Shown: positions 63,811 through 64,000 of the stretch, in pieces
How the letters are laid out: each line of letters opens with the position of its first letter
Numbering within the stretch: position 1 is the first letter of the stretch
Source of the DNA: Macrostomum lignano
Taxonomy: Eukaryota
Reading direction: 5' to 3'
NCBI GenBank assembly: GCA_002269645.1
Contig: NIVC01003109.1
Location: 1 to 64,000 of the forward strand
Length of the DNA: 64,000 nt
The notes under the pieces: generated by a model
Seen by the model: only the letters and a program-made list of their open reading frames with translations
What the model was told of the DNA's origin: nothing
The model's database searches: none
Position numbers and translations under genes: made by a program

Positions 63811-64000
63811 TGTTGTGTTTTGTGCTTTGATTCTGTGCTGAGCCGAAAGCTGTTATAACGAGAGCGTAGCTTAAGTTGAATGTATATTTTATTTAACGAT
63901 ATAAGTAACGGCAAGCCTTTATAGAGTCAGAGTCAGTCGGTAGCTGTTTGGGACACAGACAAATAAATTAACGCTGGGGCAACGACTGAAAATAAAAGTA
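63811..64000 (-). repeat. LTR 4 (truncated at window end)
   Basis: Identical to LTR 2 over the visible part. Confidence 0.9.

Larger units (their letters stand above)
51208..64000 (-). mobile_element. Head-to-tail array of a Ty3/gypsy (Mag-like) LTR retrotransposon, 4201-bp period, 3 internal regions and 4 LTRs (last truncated by window end)
   Basis: Identical ORFs at exact +4201 offsets; PR-RT-RH-IN order; shared single LTRs. Confidence 0.96.

Overview
Eukaryotic, animal-like genomic window with three parts. (1) 519-18014: a complete 17.5-kb Polinton/Maverick (adintovirus-like) element with a 6-bp TSD (TTTGCC), AGTAGT...ACTACT ends and ~320-bp TIRs. It encodes OTU-pPolB, adenain protease, minor and major capsid proteins, packaging ATPase, a modular fibre-like protein, an HNH nuclease and a PLA2-integrase fusion. 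Main discovery: the PLA2-integrase gene is split inside its conserved G|PGT motif by a 303-nt sequence (15659-15961) with the full secondary structure of a subgroup IC1 group I self-splicing intron. The intron has an unusual terminal A and lies ~100 bp downstream of a free-standing HNH endonuclease gene. The element also carries dispersed GC-rich tri-loop hairpin elements, some in frame within core genes. Its left-half frameshifts look mostly like single-base homopolymer dropouts. (2) 18-51 kb: satellite-rich host DNA with an intronless RPS2, a 6-exon RS-tailed DDX5/17-like DEAD-box helicase, an unknown 4-exon gene, a SINE and MITEs. (3) 51.2-64 kb: a head-to-tail array of a defective 4201-bp Ty3/gypsy (Mag-like) LTR retrotransposon with shared LTRs. 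All calls are by eye from sequence and motif recall; no database searches or folding programs were run.
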